From Auanema rhodensis (taxonomy: Eukaryota > Animalia > Nematoda), in assembly GCA_964057225.1 (NCBI GenBank), contig OZ059895.1, positions 2,604,001-2,668,000 on the forward strand: a stretch of 64,000 nucleotides of DNA, written 5' to 3'. A model generated the notes under the pieces. It ran no database searches. It saw nothing but the letters and a program-made list of their open reading frames with translations, and was not told the DNA's origin. This document shows, piece after piece, positions 39,101 through 51,852 of the stretch. The position numbers were made by a program, and so were the translations under genes. Position 1 is the stretch's first letter; the number at the start of each line of letters is the position of its first letter.

Positions 39101-41769
39101 GAAGCAATGTTGAGTGTACATGGAAACTCAACATACACTTATGCATCATTTTTCAAACAATCATAACTAATTTTTGCATTAAGCGTTTCTCAATGTAGTA
39201 TAGTGCATTCGATGCGGATTTTTAAGCTGGGTCGATCTGTGTTATCAGATTTGCGCTAGCTTAAAAATGCACCGAGATATCAACTGATATAAGTTCACAC
39301 TTATATCCTCGATTTTCACCCTGAAGAATTAATTTTTTCGTTGAATAACATTGTCCATCGTCTTCGCCTTGAAAAAAGGAATCTAAAAACATCTACTTTT
39401 TGCTAAATTATTTAGAAATTTTTCGAAAAAATTTTTGTCAAAATGTTTTTGGAAGCAATGTTGAGTGTACATGGAAACTCAACATACACTAATGCATCAT
39501 TTTTCAAACGATCATAACTAATTTTTGTATTGAGTGTTTCTCAATGTAGTATAGTGCATTCGATGCGGATTTTTAAGCTGGGTCGATCTGTGTTATCAGA
39601 TTTGCGCTAGCTTAAAAATGCACCGAGATATCAACTGTTATAAGTTCACACTTATATCCTCGATTTTCACCCTGAAGAATTAATTTTTTCGTTGAATAAC
39701 ATTGTCCATCGTTTTCGCCTTGAAAAAAAGAATCTAAAAACATCTACTTTTTGCTAAATTATTTTGAAATTTTTCGAAAAAATTTTTGTCAAAATGTTTT
39801 TGGAAGCAATGTTGAGTGTACATGGAAACTCAACATACACTTATGCATCATTTTTCGAACAATCATAACTAATTTTTGTATTAAGCGTTTCTCAATGTAG
39901 TATAGTGCATTCGATGCGGATTTTTAAGCTGGGTCGATCTGTGTTATCAGATTTGCGCTAGCTTAAAAATGCACCGAGATATCAACTGATATAAGTTCAC
40001 ACTTATATCCTCGATTTTCACCCTGAAGAATTAATTTTTTCGTTGAATAACATTGTCCAACGTCTTCGCCTTGAAAAAAGGAATCTAAAAACATCTACTT
40101 TTTGCTAAATTATTTTGAAATTTTTCGAAAACATTTTTGTCAAAATGTTTTTGGAAGCAATGTTGAGTGTACATGGAAACTCAACATACACTAATGCATC
40201 ATTTTTCAAACAATCATAACTAATTTTTGTATTAAGCGTTTCTCAATGTAGTATAGTGCATCCGATGCGGATTTTTTAGCTGCGTCGATCTGTGTTATCA
40301 GATTTGCGCTAGCTTAAAAATGCACCGAGATATCAACTGATATAAGTTCACACTTATATCCTCGATTTTCACCCTGAAGAATTAATTTTTTCGTTGAATA
40401 ACATTGTCCATCGTTTTCGCCTTGAAAAAAAGAATCTAAAAACATCTACTTTTTGCTAAATTATTTTGAAATTTTTCGAAAAAATTTTTGTCAAAATGTT
40501 TTTGGAAGCAATGTTGAGTGTACATGGAAACTCAACATACACTTATGCATCATTTTTCGAACAATCATAACTAATTTTTGTATTAAGCGTTTCTCAATGT
40601 AGTATAGTGCATTCGATGCGGATTTTTAAGCTGGGTCGATCTGTGTTATCAGATTTGCGCTAGCTTAAAAATGCACCGAGATATCAACTGATATAAGTTC
40701 ACACTTATATCCTCGATTTTCACCCTGAAGAATTAATTTTTTCGTTGAATAACATTGTCCAACGTCTTCGCCTTGAAAAAAGGAATCTAAAAACATCTAC
40801 TTTTTGCTAAATTATTTTGAAATTTTTCGAAAACATTTTTGTCAAAATGTTTTTGGAAGCAATGTTGAGTGTACATGGAAACTCAACATACACTAATGCA
40901 TCATTTTTCAAACAATCATAACTAATTTTTGTATTAAGCGTTTCTCAATGTAGTATAGTGCATCCGATGCGGATTTTTTAGCTGCGTCGATCTCTGTTAT
41001 CAGATTTGCGCTAGCTTAAAAATGCACCGAGATATCAACTGATATAAGTTCACACTTATATCCTCGATTTTCACCCTGAAGAATAAATTTTTTCGTTGAA
41101 TAACATTGTCCATCGTTTTCGCCTCGAAAAAAAGAATCTAAAAAATCTACTTTTTGCTAAATTATTTTGAAATTTTTCGAAAAAATTTTTGTCAAAATGT
41201 TTTTGGAAGCAATGTTGAGTGTACATGGAAACTCAACATCCACTTATGCATCATTTTTCAAACGATCATAACTAATTTTTGTATTAAGCGTTTCACAATG
41301 TAGTATAGTGCATTCGATGCGGATTTTTACGCTGGGTCGATCTGTGTTATCAGATTTGCGCTAGCTTAAAAATGCACCGAGATATCAACTGATATAAGTT
41401 CACACTTATATCCTCGATTTTCACCCTGAAGAATTAATTTTTTCGTTGAATAACATTGTCCATCGTCTTTGCCTTGAAAAAAGGAATCTAAAAACATCTA
41501 CTTTTTGCTAAATTATTTTGAAATTTTTCGAAAAAATTTTTGTCAAAATGTTTTTGGAAGCAATGTTGAGTGTACATGGAAACTCAACATACACTTATGC
41601 ATCATTTTTCAAACAATCATAACTAATTTTTGTATTAAGCGTTTCTCAATGTAGTATAGTGCATTCGATGCGGATTTTTAAGCTGCGTCGATCTGTGTTA
41701 TCAAATTTGCGCTAGCTTAAAAATGCACCGAGATATCAACTGATATAAGTTCACACTTATATCCTCGAT

Positions 41770-42025
41770 TTTCACCCTGAAGAATTAATTTTTTCGTTGA
41801 ATAACATTGTCCATCGTCTTCGCCTTGAAAAAAGGAATCTAAACATACACTAATGCATCATTTTTCAAACGATCATAACTAATTTTTGTATTGAGCGTTT
41901 CTCAATGTAGTATAGTGCATTCGATGCGGATTTTTAAGCTGCGTCGATTTGTGTTATCAGATTTGCGCTAGCTTAAAAATGCACCGAGATATCAACTGAT
42001 ATAAGTTCACACTTATATCCTCGAT
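41770..42025. other. 256-bp monomer with 95-bp internal deletion (copy 3)
   Basis: Same junction GGAATCTAAACATACAC and same ATTGAGCG variant as copies 1 and 2. Confidence 0.95.
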
Positions 42026-45000
42026 TTTCACCCTGAAGAATTAATTTTTTTGTTGAATAACATTGTCCATCGTCTTCGCCCTGAAAAAAGGAATCTAAAA
42101 ACATCTACTTTTTGCTAAATTATTTTGAAATTTTTCGAAAAAATTTTTGTCAAAATGTTTTTGGAAGCAATGTTGAGTGTACATGGAAACTCAACATACA
42201 CTAATGCATCATTTTTCAAACGATCATAACTAATTTTTGTATTAAGCGTTTCTCAATGTAGTATAGTGCATTCGATGCGGATTTTTAAGCTGCGTCGATT
42301 TGTGTTATCAGATTTGCGCTAGCTTAAAAATGCACCGAGATATCAACTGATATAAGTTCACACTTATATCCTCGATTTTCACCCTGAAGAATTAATTTTT
42401 TCGTTGAATAACATTGTCCATCGTCTTCGCCTTGAAAAAAAGAATCTAAAAACATCTACTTTTTGCTAAATTATTTTGAAATTTTTCGAAAAAATTTTTG
42501 TCAAAATGTTTTTGGAAGCAATGTTGAGTGTACATGGAAACTCAACATACACTAATGCATCATTTTTCAAACGATCATAACTAATTTTTGTATTAAGCGT
42601 TTCTCAATGTTGTATAGTGCATTCGATGCGGATTTTTAAGCTGCGTCGATTTGTGTTATCAGATTTGCGCTAGCTTGAAAATGCACCGAGATATCAACTG
42701 ATATAACTTCACACTTATATCCTCGATTTTCACCATGAAGAATTAATTTTTTCGTTGAATAACATTGTCCATCGTCTTTGCCTTGAAAAATGGAATCTAA
42801 AAACATCTACTTTTTGCTAAATTATTTTGAAATTTTTCGAAAAAATTTTTGTCAAAATGTTTTTGGAAGCAATGTTGAGTGTACATGGAAACTCAACATA
42901 CACTTATGCATCATTTTTCGAACAATCATAACTAATTTTTGTATTAAGCGTTTCTCAATGTAGTATAGTGCATTCGATGCGGATTTTTAAGCTGGGTCGA
43001 TCTGTGTTATCAGATTTGCGCTAGCTTAAAAATGCACCGAGATATCAACTGATATAAGTTCACACTTATATCCTCGATTTTCACCCTGAAGAATTAATTT
43101 TTTCGTTGAATAACATTGTCCATCGTCTTCGCCTTGAAAAAAAGAATCTAAAAACATCTACTTTTTGCTAAATTATTTTGAAATTTTTCGAAAAAATTTT
43201 TGTCAAAATGTTTTTGGAAGCAATGTTGAGTGTACATGGAAACTCAACATACACTAATGCATCATTTTTCAAACGATCATAACTAATTTTTGTATTAAGC
43301 GTTTCTCAATGTAGTATAGTGCATTCGATGCGGATTTTTAAGCTGCGTCGATTTGTGTTATCAGATTTGCGCTAGCTTAAAAATGCACCGAGATATCAAC
43401 TGATATAAGTTCACACTTATATCCTCGATTTTCACCCTGAAGAATTAATTTTTTCGTTGAATAACATTGTCCATCGTCTTTGCCTTGAAAAAAGGAATCT
43501 AAAAACATCTACTTTTTGCTAAATTATTTTGAAATTTTTCGAAAAAATTTTTGTCAAAATGTTTTTGGAAGCAATGTTGAGTGTACATGGAAACTCAACA
43601 TACACTAATGCATCATTTTTCAAACGATCATAACTAATTTTTGTATTAAGCGTTTCTCAATGTAGTATAGTGCATTCGATGCGGATTTTTAAGCTGCGTC
43701 GATTTGTGTTATCAGATTTGCGCTAGCTTAAAAATGCACCGAGATATCAACTGATATAAGTTCACACTTATATCCTCGATTTTCACCCTGAAGAATTAAT
43801 TTTTTCGTTGAATAACATTGTCCATCGTCTTCGCCTTGAAAAAAGAAATCTAAAAACATCTACTTTTTGCTAAATTATTTTGAAATTTTTCGAAAAAATT
43901 TTTTTTAAATGTTTTTGGAAGCAATGTTGAGTGTACATGGAAACTCAACATACACTAATGCATCATTTTTCAAACGATCATAACTAATTTTTGTATTAAG
44001 CGTTTCTCAATGTAGTATAGTGCATTCGATGCGGATTTTTAAGCTGCGTCGATTTGTGTTATCAGATTTGCGCTAGCTTGAAAATGCACCGAGATATCAA
44101 CTGATATAAGTTCACACTTATATCCTCGATTTTCACCCTGAAGAATTAATTTTTTCGTTGAATAACATTGTCCATCGTCTTTGCCTTGAAAAAAGGAATC
44201 TAAAAACATTTACTTTTTGCTAAATTATTTTGAAATTTTTCGAAAAAATTTTTGTCAAAATGTTTTTGGAAGCAATGTTGAGTGTACATGGAAACTCAAC
44301 ATACACTTATGCATCATTTTTCGAACAATCATAACTAATTTTTGTATTAAGCGTTTCTCAATGTAGTATAGTGCATTCGATGCGGATTTTTAAGCTGGGT
44401 CGATCTGTGTTATCAGATTTGCGCTAGCTTAAAAATGCACCGAGATATCAACTGATATAAGTTCACACTTATATCCTCGATTTTCACCCTGAAGAATTAA
44501 TTTTTTCGTTGAATAACATTGTCCATCGTCTTCGCCTTGAAAAAAAGAATCTAAAAACATCTACTTTTTGCTAAATTATTTTGAAATTTTTCGAAAAAAT
44601 TTTTGTCAAAATGTTTTTGGAAGCAATGTTGAGTGTACATGGAAACTCAACATACACTAATGCATCATTTTTCAAACGATCATAACTAATTTTTGTATTA
44701 AGCGTTTCTCAATGTAGTATAGTGCATTCGATGCGGATTTTTAAGCTGCGTCGATTTGTGTTATCAGATTTGCGCTAGCTTAAAAATGCACCGAGATATC
44801 AACTGATATAAGTTCACACTTATATCCTCGATTTTCACCCTGAAGAATTACTTTTTTCGTTGAATAACATTGTCCATCGTCTTTGCCTTGAAAAAAGGAA
44901 TCTAAAAACATCTACTTTTTGCTAAATTATTTTGAAATTTTTCGAAAAAATTTTTGTCAAAATGTTTTTGGAAGCAATGTTGAGTGTACATGGAAACTCA

Positions 45001-48000
45001 ACATACACTTATGCATCATTTTTCAAACAATCATAACTAATTTTTGCATTAAGCGTTTCTCAATGTAGTATAGTGCATTCGATGCGGATTTTTAAGCTGG
45101 GTCGATCTGTGTTATCAGATTTGCGCTAGCTTAAAAATGCACCGAGATATCAACTGATATAAGTTCACACTTATATCCTCGATTTTCACCCTGAAGAATT
45201 AATTTTTTCGTTGAATAACATTGTCCATCGTCTTCGCCTTGAAAAAAGGAATCTAAAAACATCTACTCTTTGCTAAATTATTTAGAAATTTTTCGAAAAA
45301 ATTTTTGTCAAAATGTTTTTGGAAGCAATGTTGAGTGTACATGGAAACTCAACATACACTAATGCATCATTTTTCAAACGATCATAACTAATTTTTGTAT
45401 TGAGTGTTTCTCAATGTAGTATAGTGCATTCGATGCGGATTTTTAAGCTGGGTCGATCTGTGTTATCAGATTTGCGCTAGCTTAAAAATGCACCGAGATA
45501 TCAACTGTTATAAGTTCACACTTATATCCTCGATTTTCACCCTGAAGAATTAATTTTTTCGTTGAATAACATTGTCCATCGTTTTCGCCTTGAAAAAAAG
45601 AATCTAAAAACATCTACTTTTTGCTAAATTATTTTGAAATTTTTCGAAAAAATTTTTGTCAAAATGTTTTTGGAAGCAATGTTGAGTGTACATGGAAACT
45701 CAACATACACTTATGCATCATTTTTCGAACAATCATAACTAATTTTTGTATTAAGCGTTTCTCAATGTAGTATAGTGCATTCGATGCGGATTTTTAAGCT
45801 GGGTCGATCTGTGTTATCAGATTTGCGCTAGCTTAAAAATGCACCGAGATATCAACTGATATAAGTTCACACTTATATCCTCGATTTTCACCCTGAAGAA
45901 TTAATTTTTTCGTTGAATAACATTGTCCAACGTCTTCGCCTTGAAAAAAGGAATCTAAAAACATCTACTTTTTGCTAAATTATTTTGAAATTTTTCGAAA
46001 ACATTTTTGTCAAAATGTTTTTGGAAGCAATGTTGAGTGTACATGGAAACTCAACATACACTAATGCATCATTTTTCAAACAATCATAACTAATTTTTGT
46101 ATTAAGCGTTTCTCAATGTAGTATAGTGCATCCGATGCGGATTTTTTAGCTGCGTCGATCTGTGTTATCAGATTTGCGCTAGCTTAAAAATGCACCGAGA
46201 TATCAACTGATATAAGTTCACACTTATATCCTCGATTTTCACCCTGAAGAATTAATTTTTTCGTTGAATAACATTGTCCATCGTTTTCGCCTTGAAAAAA
46301 AGAATCTAAAAACATCTACTTTTTGCTAAATTATTTTGAAATTTTTCGAAAAAATTTTTGTCAAAATGTTTTTGGAAGCAATGTTGAGTGTACATGGAAA
46401 CTCAACATACACTTATGCATCATTTTTCGAACAATCATAACTAATTTTTGTATTAAGCGTTTCTCAATGTAGTATAGTGCATTCGATGCGGATTTTTAAG
46501 CTGGGTCGATCTGTGTTATCAGATTTGCGCTAGCTTAAAAATGCACCGAGATATCAACTGATATAAGTTCACACTTATATCCTCGATTTTCACCCTGAAG
46601 AATTAATTTTTTCGTTGAATAACATTGTCCAACGTCTTCGCCTTGAAAAAAGGAATCTAAAAACATCTACTTTTTGCTAAATTATTTTGAAATTTTTCGA
46701 AAACATTTTTGTCAAAATGTTTTTGGAAGCAATGTTGAGTGTACATGGAAACTCAACATACACTAATGCATCATTTTTCAAACAATCATAACTAATTTTT
46801 GTATTAAGCGTTTCTCAATGTAGTATAGTGCATCCGATGCGGATTTTTTAGCTGCGTCGATCTGTGTTATCAGATTTGCGCTAGCTTAAAAATGCACCGA
46901 GATATCAACTGATATAAGTTCACACTTATATCCTCGATTTTCACCCTGAAGAATAAATTTTTTCGTTGAATAACATTGTCCATCGTTTTCGCCTCGAAAA
47001 AAAGAATCTAAAAACATCTACTTTTTGCTAAATTATTTTGAAATTTTTCGAAAAAATTTTTGTCAAAATGTTTTTGGAAGCAATGTTGAGTGTACATGGA
47101 AACTCAACATCCACTTATGCATCATTTTTCAAACGATCATAACTAATTTTTGTATTAAGCGTTTCTCAATGTAGTATAGTGCATTCGATGCGGATTTTTA
47201 AGCTGCGTCGATCTGTGTTATCAGATTTGCGCTAGCTTAAAAATGCACCGAGATATCAACTGATATAAGTTCACACTTATATCCTCGATTTTCACCCTGA
47301 AGAATTAATTTTTTCGTTGAATAACATTGTCCATCGTCTTCGCCTTGAAAAAAGGAATCTAAAAACATCTACTTTTTGCTAAATTATTTAGAAATTTTTT
47401 GGAAAAATTTTTGTCAAAATGTTTTTGGAAGCAATGTTGAGTGTACATGGAAACTCAACATACACTAATGCATCATTTTTCAAACGATCATAACTAATTT
47501 TTGTATTGAGTGTTTCTCAATGTAGTATAGTGCATTCGATGCGGATTTTTAAGCTGGGTCGATCTGTGTTATCAGATTTGCGCTAGCTTAAAAATGCACC
47601 GAGATATCAACTGATATAAGTTCACACTTATATCCTCGATTTTCACCCTGAAGAATTAATTTTTTCGTTGAATAACATTGTCCATCGTTTTCGCCTTGAA
47701 AAAAAGAATCTAAAAACATCTACTTTTTGCTAAATTATTTTGAAATTTTTCGAAAAAATTTTTGTCAAAATGTTTTTGGAAGCAATGTTGAGTGTACATG
47801 GAAACTCAACATCCACTTATGCATCATTTTTCAAACGATCATAACTAATTTTTGTATTAAGCGTTTCTCAATGTAGTATAGTGCATTCGATGCGGATTTT
47901 TAAGCTGCGTCGATCTGTGTTATCAGATTTGCGCTAGTTTAAAAATGCACCGAGATATCAACTGATATAAGTTCACACTTATATCCTCGATTTTCACCCT

Positions 48001-51000
48001 GAAGAATTAATTTTTTCGTTGAATAACATTGTCCATTGTCTTCGCCTTGAAAAAAGGAATCTAAAAACATCTACTTTTTGCTAAATTATTTGGAAATTTT
48101 TCGAAAAAAATTTTGTCAAAATGTTTTTGGAAGCAATGTTGAGTGTACATGGAAACTCAACATACACTAATGCATCATTTTTCAAACGATCATAACTAAT
48201 TTTTGTATTGAGTGTTTCTCAATGTAGTATAGTGCATTCGATGCGGATTTTTAAGCTGGGTCGATCTGTGTTATCAGATTTGCGCTAGCTTAAAAATGCA
48301 CCGAGATATCAACTGATATAAGTTCACACTTATATCCTCGATTTTCACCCTGAAGAATTAATTTTTTCGTTGAATAACATTGTCCATCGTCTTCGCCTTG
48401 AAAAAAGGAATCTAAAAATATCTACTTTTTGCTAAATTATTTAGAAATTTTTCGAAAAAATTTTTGTCAAAATGTTTTTGGAAGCAATGTTGAGTGTACA
48501 TGGAAACTCAACATACACTAATGCATCATTTTTCAAACGATCATAACTAATTTTTGTATTGAGTGTTTCTCAATGTAGTATAGTGCATTCGATGCGGATT
48601 TTTAAGCTGGGTCGATCTGTGTTATCAGATTTGCGCTAGCTTAAAAATGCACCGAGATATCAACTGATATAAGTTCACACTTATATCCTCGATTTTCACC
48701 CTGAAGAATTAATTTTTTCGTTGAATAACATTGTCCATCGTTTTCGCCTTGAAAAAAAGAATCTAAAAACATCTACTTTTTGCTAAATTATTTTGAAATT
48801 TTTCGAAAAAATTTTTGTCAAAATGTTTTTGGAAGCAATGTTGAGTGTACATGGAAACTCAACATCCACTTATGCATCATTTTTCAAACGATCATAACTA
48901 ATTTTTGTATTAAGCGTTTCTCAATGTAGTATAGTGCATTCGATGCGGATTTTTAAGCTGCGTCGATCTGTGTTATCAGATTTGCGCTAGCTTAAAAATG
49001 CACCGAGATATCAACTGATATAAGTTCACACTTATATCCTCGATTTTCACCCTGAAGAATTAATTTTTTCGTTGAATAACATTGTCCATTGTCTTCGCCT
49101 TGAAAAAAGGAGTCTAAAAACATCTACTTTTTGCTAAATTATTTAGAAATTTTTCGAAAAAATTTTTGTCAAAATGTTTTTGGAAGCAATGTTGAGTGTA
49201 CATGGAAACTCAACATACACTAATGCATCATTTTTCAAACGATCATAACTAATTTTTGTATTGAGTGTTTCTCAATGTAGTATAGTGCATTCGATGCGGA
49301 TTTTTAAGCTGGGTCGATCTGTGTTATCAGATTTGCGCTAGCTTAAAAATGCACCGAGATATCAACTGATATAAGTTCACACTTATATCCTCGATTTTCA
49401 CCCTGAAGAATTAATTTTTTCGTTGAATAACATTGTCCATCGTTTTCGCCTTGAAAAAAAGAATCTAAAAACATCTACTTTTTGCTAAATTATTTTGAAA
49501 TTTTTCGAAAAAATTTTTGTCAAAATGTTTTTGGAAGCAATGTTGAGTGTACATGGAAACTCAACATACACTAATGCATCATTTTTCAAACGATCATAAC
49601 TAATTTTTGTATTGAGTGTTTCTCAATGTAGTATAGTGCATTCGATGCGGATTTTTAAGCTGGGTCGATCTGTGTTATCAGATTTGCGCTAGCTTAAAAA
49701 TGCACCGAGATATCAACTGATATAAGTTCACACTTATATCCTCGATTTTCACCCTGAAGAATTAATTTTTTCGTTGAATAACATTGTCCATCGTTTTCGC
49801 CTTGAAAAAAAGAATCTAAAAACATCTACTTTTTGCTAAATTATTTTGAAATTTTTCGAAAAAATTTTTGTCAAAATGTTTTTGGAAGCAATGTTGAGTG
49901 TACATGGAAACTCAACATACACTTATGCATCATTTTTCGAACAATCATAACTAATTTTTGTATTAAGCGTTTCTCAATGTAGTATAGTGCATTCGATGCG
50001 GATTTTTAAGCTGGGTCGATCTGTGTTATCAGATTTGCGCTAGCTTAAAAATGCACCGAGATATCAACTGATATAAGTTCACACTTATATCCTCGATTTT
50101 CACCCTGAAGAATTAATTTTTTCGTTGAATAACATTGTCCATCGTCTTCGCCTTGAAAAAAAGAATCTAAAAACATCTACTTTTTGCTAAATTATTTTGA
50201 AATTTTTCGAAAAAATTTTTGTCAAAATGTTTTTGGAAGCAATGTTGAGTGTACATGGAAACTCAACATACACTAATGCATCATTTTTCAAACGATCATA
50301 ACTAATTTTTGTATTAAGCGTTTCTCAATGTAGTATAGTGCATTCGATGCGGATTTTTAAGCTGCGTCGATTTGTGTTATCAGATTTGCGCTAGCTTAAA
50401 AATGCACCGAGATATCAACTGATATAAGTTCACACTTATATCCTCGATTTTCACCCTGAAGAATTAATTTTTTCGTTGAATAACATTGTCCATCGTCTTC
50501 GCCTTGAAAAAAGGAATCTAAAAACATCTACTTTTTGCTAAATTATTTAAAAATTTTTCGAAAAAATTTTTGTCAAAATGTTTTTGGAAGCAATGTTGAG
50601 TGTACATGGAAACTCAACATACACTAATGCATCATTTTTCAAACGATCATAACTAATTTTTGTATTGAGTGTTTCTCAATGTAGTAAAGTGCATTCGATG
50701 CGGATTTTTAAGCTGGGTCGATCTGTGTTATCAGATTTGCGCTAGCTTAAAAATGCACCGAGATATCAACTGATATAAGTTCACACTTATATCCTCGATT
50801 TTCACCCTGAAGAATTAATTTTTTCGTTGAATAACATTGTCCATCGTTTTCGCCTTGAAAAAAAGAATCTAAAAACATCTACTTTTTGCTAAATTATTTT
50901 GAAATTTTTCGAAAAAATTTTTGTCAAAATGTTTTTGGAAGCAATGTTGAGTGTACATGGAAACTCAACATACACTAATGCATCATTTTTCAAACAATCA

Positions 51001-51852
51001 TAACTAATTTTTGTATTAAGCGTTTCTCAATGTAGTATAGTGCATCCGATGCGGATTTTTTAGCTGCGTCGATCTGTGTTATCAGATTTGCGCTAGCTTA
51101 AAAATGCACCGAGATATCAACTGATATAAGTTCACACTTATATCCTCGATTTTCACCCTGAAGAATTAATTTTTTCGTTGAATAACATTGTCCATCGTCT
51201 TCGCCTTGAAAAAAAGAATCTAAAAACATCTACTTTTTGCTAAATTATTTTGAAATTTTTCGAAAAAATTTTTGTCAAAATGTTTTTGGAAGCAATGTTG
51301 AGTGTACATGGAAACTCAACATACACTAATGCATCATTTTTCAAACAATCATAACTAATTTTTGTATTAAGCGTTTCTCAATGTAGTATAGTGCATCCGA
51401 TGCGGATTTTTTAGCTGCGTCGATCTGTGTTATCAGATTTGCGCTAGCTTAAAAATGCACCGAGATATCAACTGATATAAGTTCACACTTATATCCTCGA
51501 TTTTCACCCTGAAGAATTAATTTTTTCGTTGAATAACATTGTCCATCGTCTTCGCCTTGAAAAAAAGAATCTAAAAACATCTACTTTTTGCTAAATTATT
51601 TTGAAATTTTTCGAAAAAATTTTTGTCAAAATGTTTTTGGAAGCAATGTTGAGTGTACATGGAAACTCAACATACACTAATGCATCATTTTTCAAACGAT
51701 CATAACTAATTTTTGTATTAAGCGTTTCTCAATGTAGTATAGTGCATTCGATGCGGATTTTTAAGCTGCGTCGATTTGTGTTATCAGATTTGCGCTAGCT
51801 TAAAAATGCACCGAGATATCAACTGATATAAGTTCACACTTATATCCTCGAT

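Larger units (their letters stand above)
27730..40173. repeat. 18-monomer (6222-bp) tandem duplication; boundaries approximate (about +/-40 bp)
   Basis: Variants at 27962/34184, 29238/35460 and 30846/37068 and the 256-bp monomers at 29678/35900 are all 6222 bp apart. The monomer at 33794 is chimeric, with the switch between 33910 and 33990. Confidence 0.92.
35400..47140. repeat. 17-monomer (5870-bp) tandem duplication overlapping the 6222-bp one; boundaries approximate (about +/-25 bp)
   Basis: Variants at 35460/41330, the 256-bp monomers at 35900/41770 and the GAATAAATT/GCCTCGAAA monomers at 41069/46939 are 5870 bp apart. The monomer at 41069 is chimeric, with the switch between 41245 and 41295. 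Confidence 0.92.
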
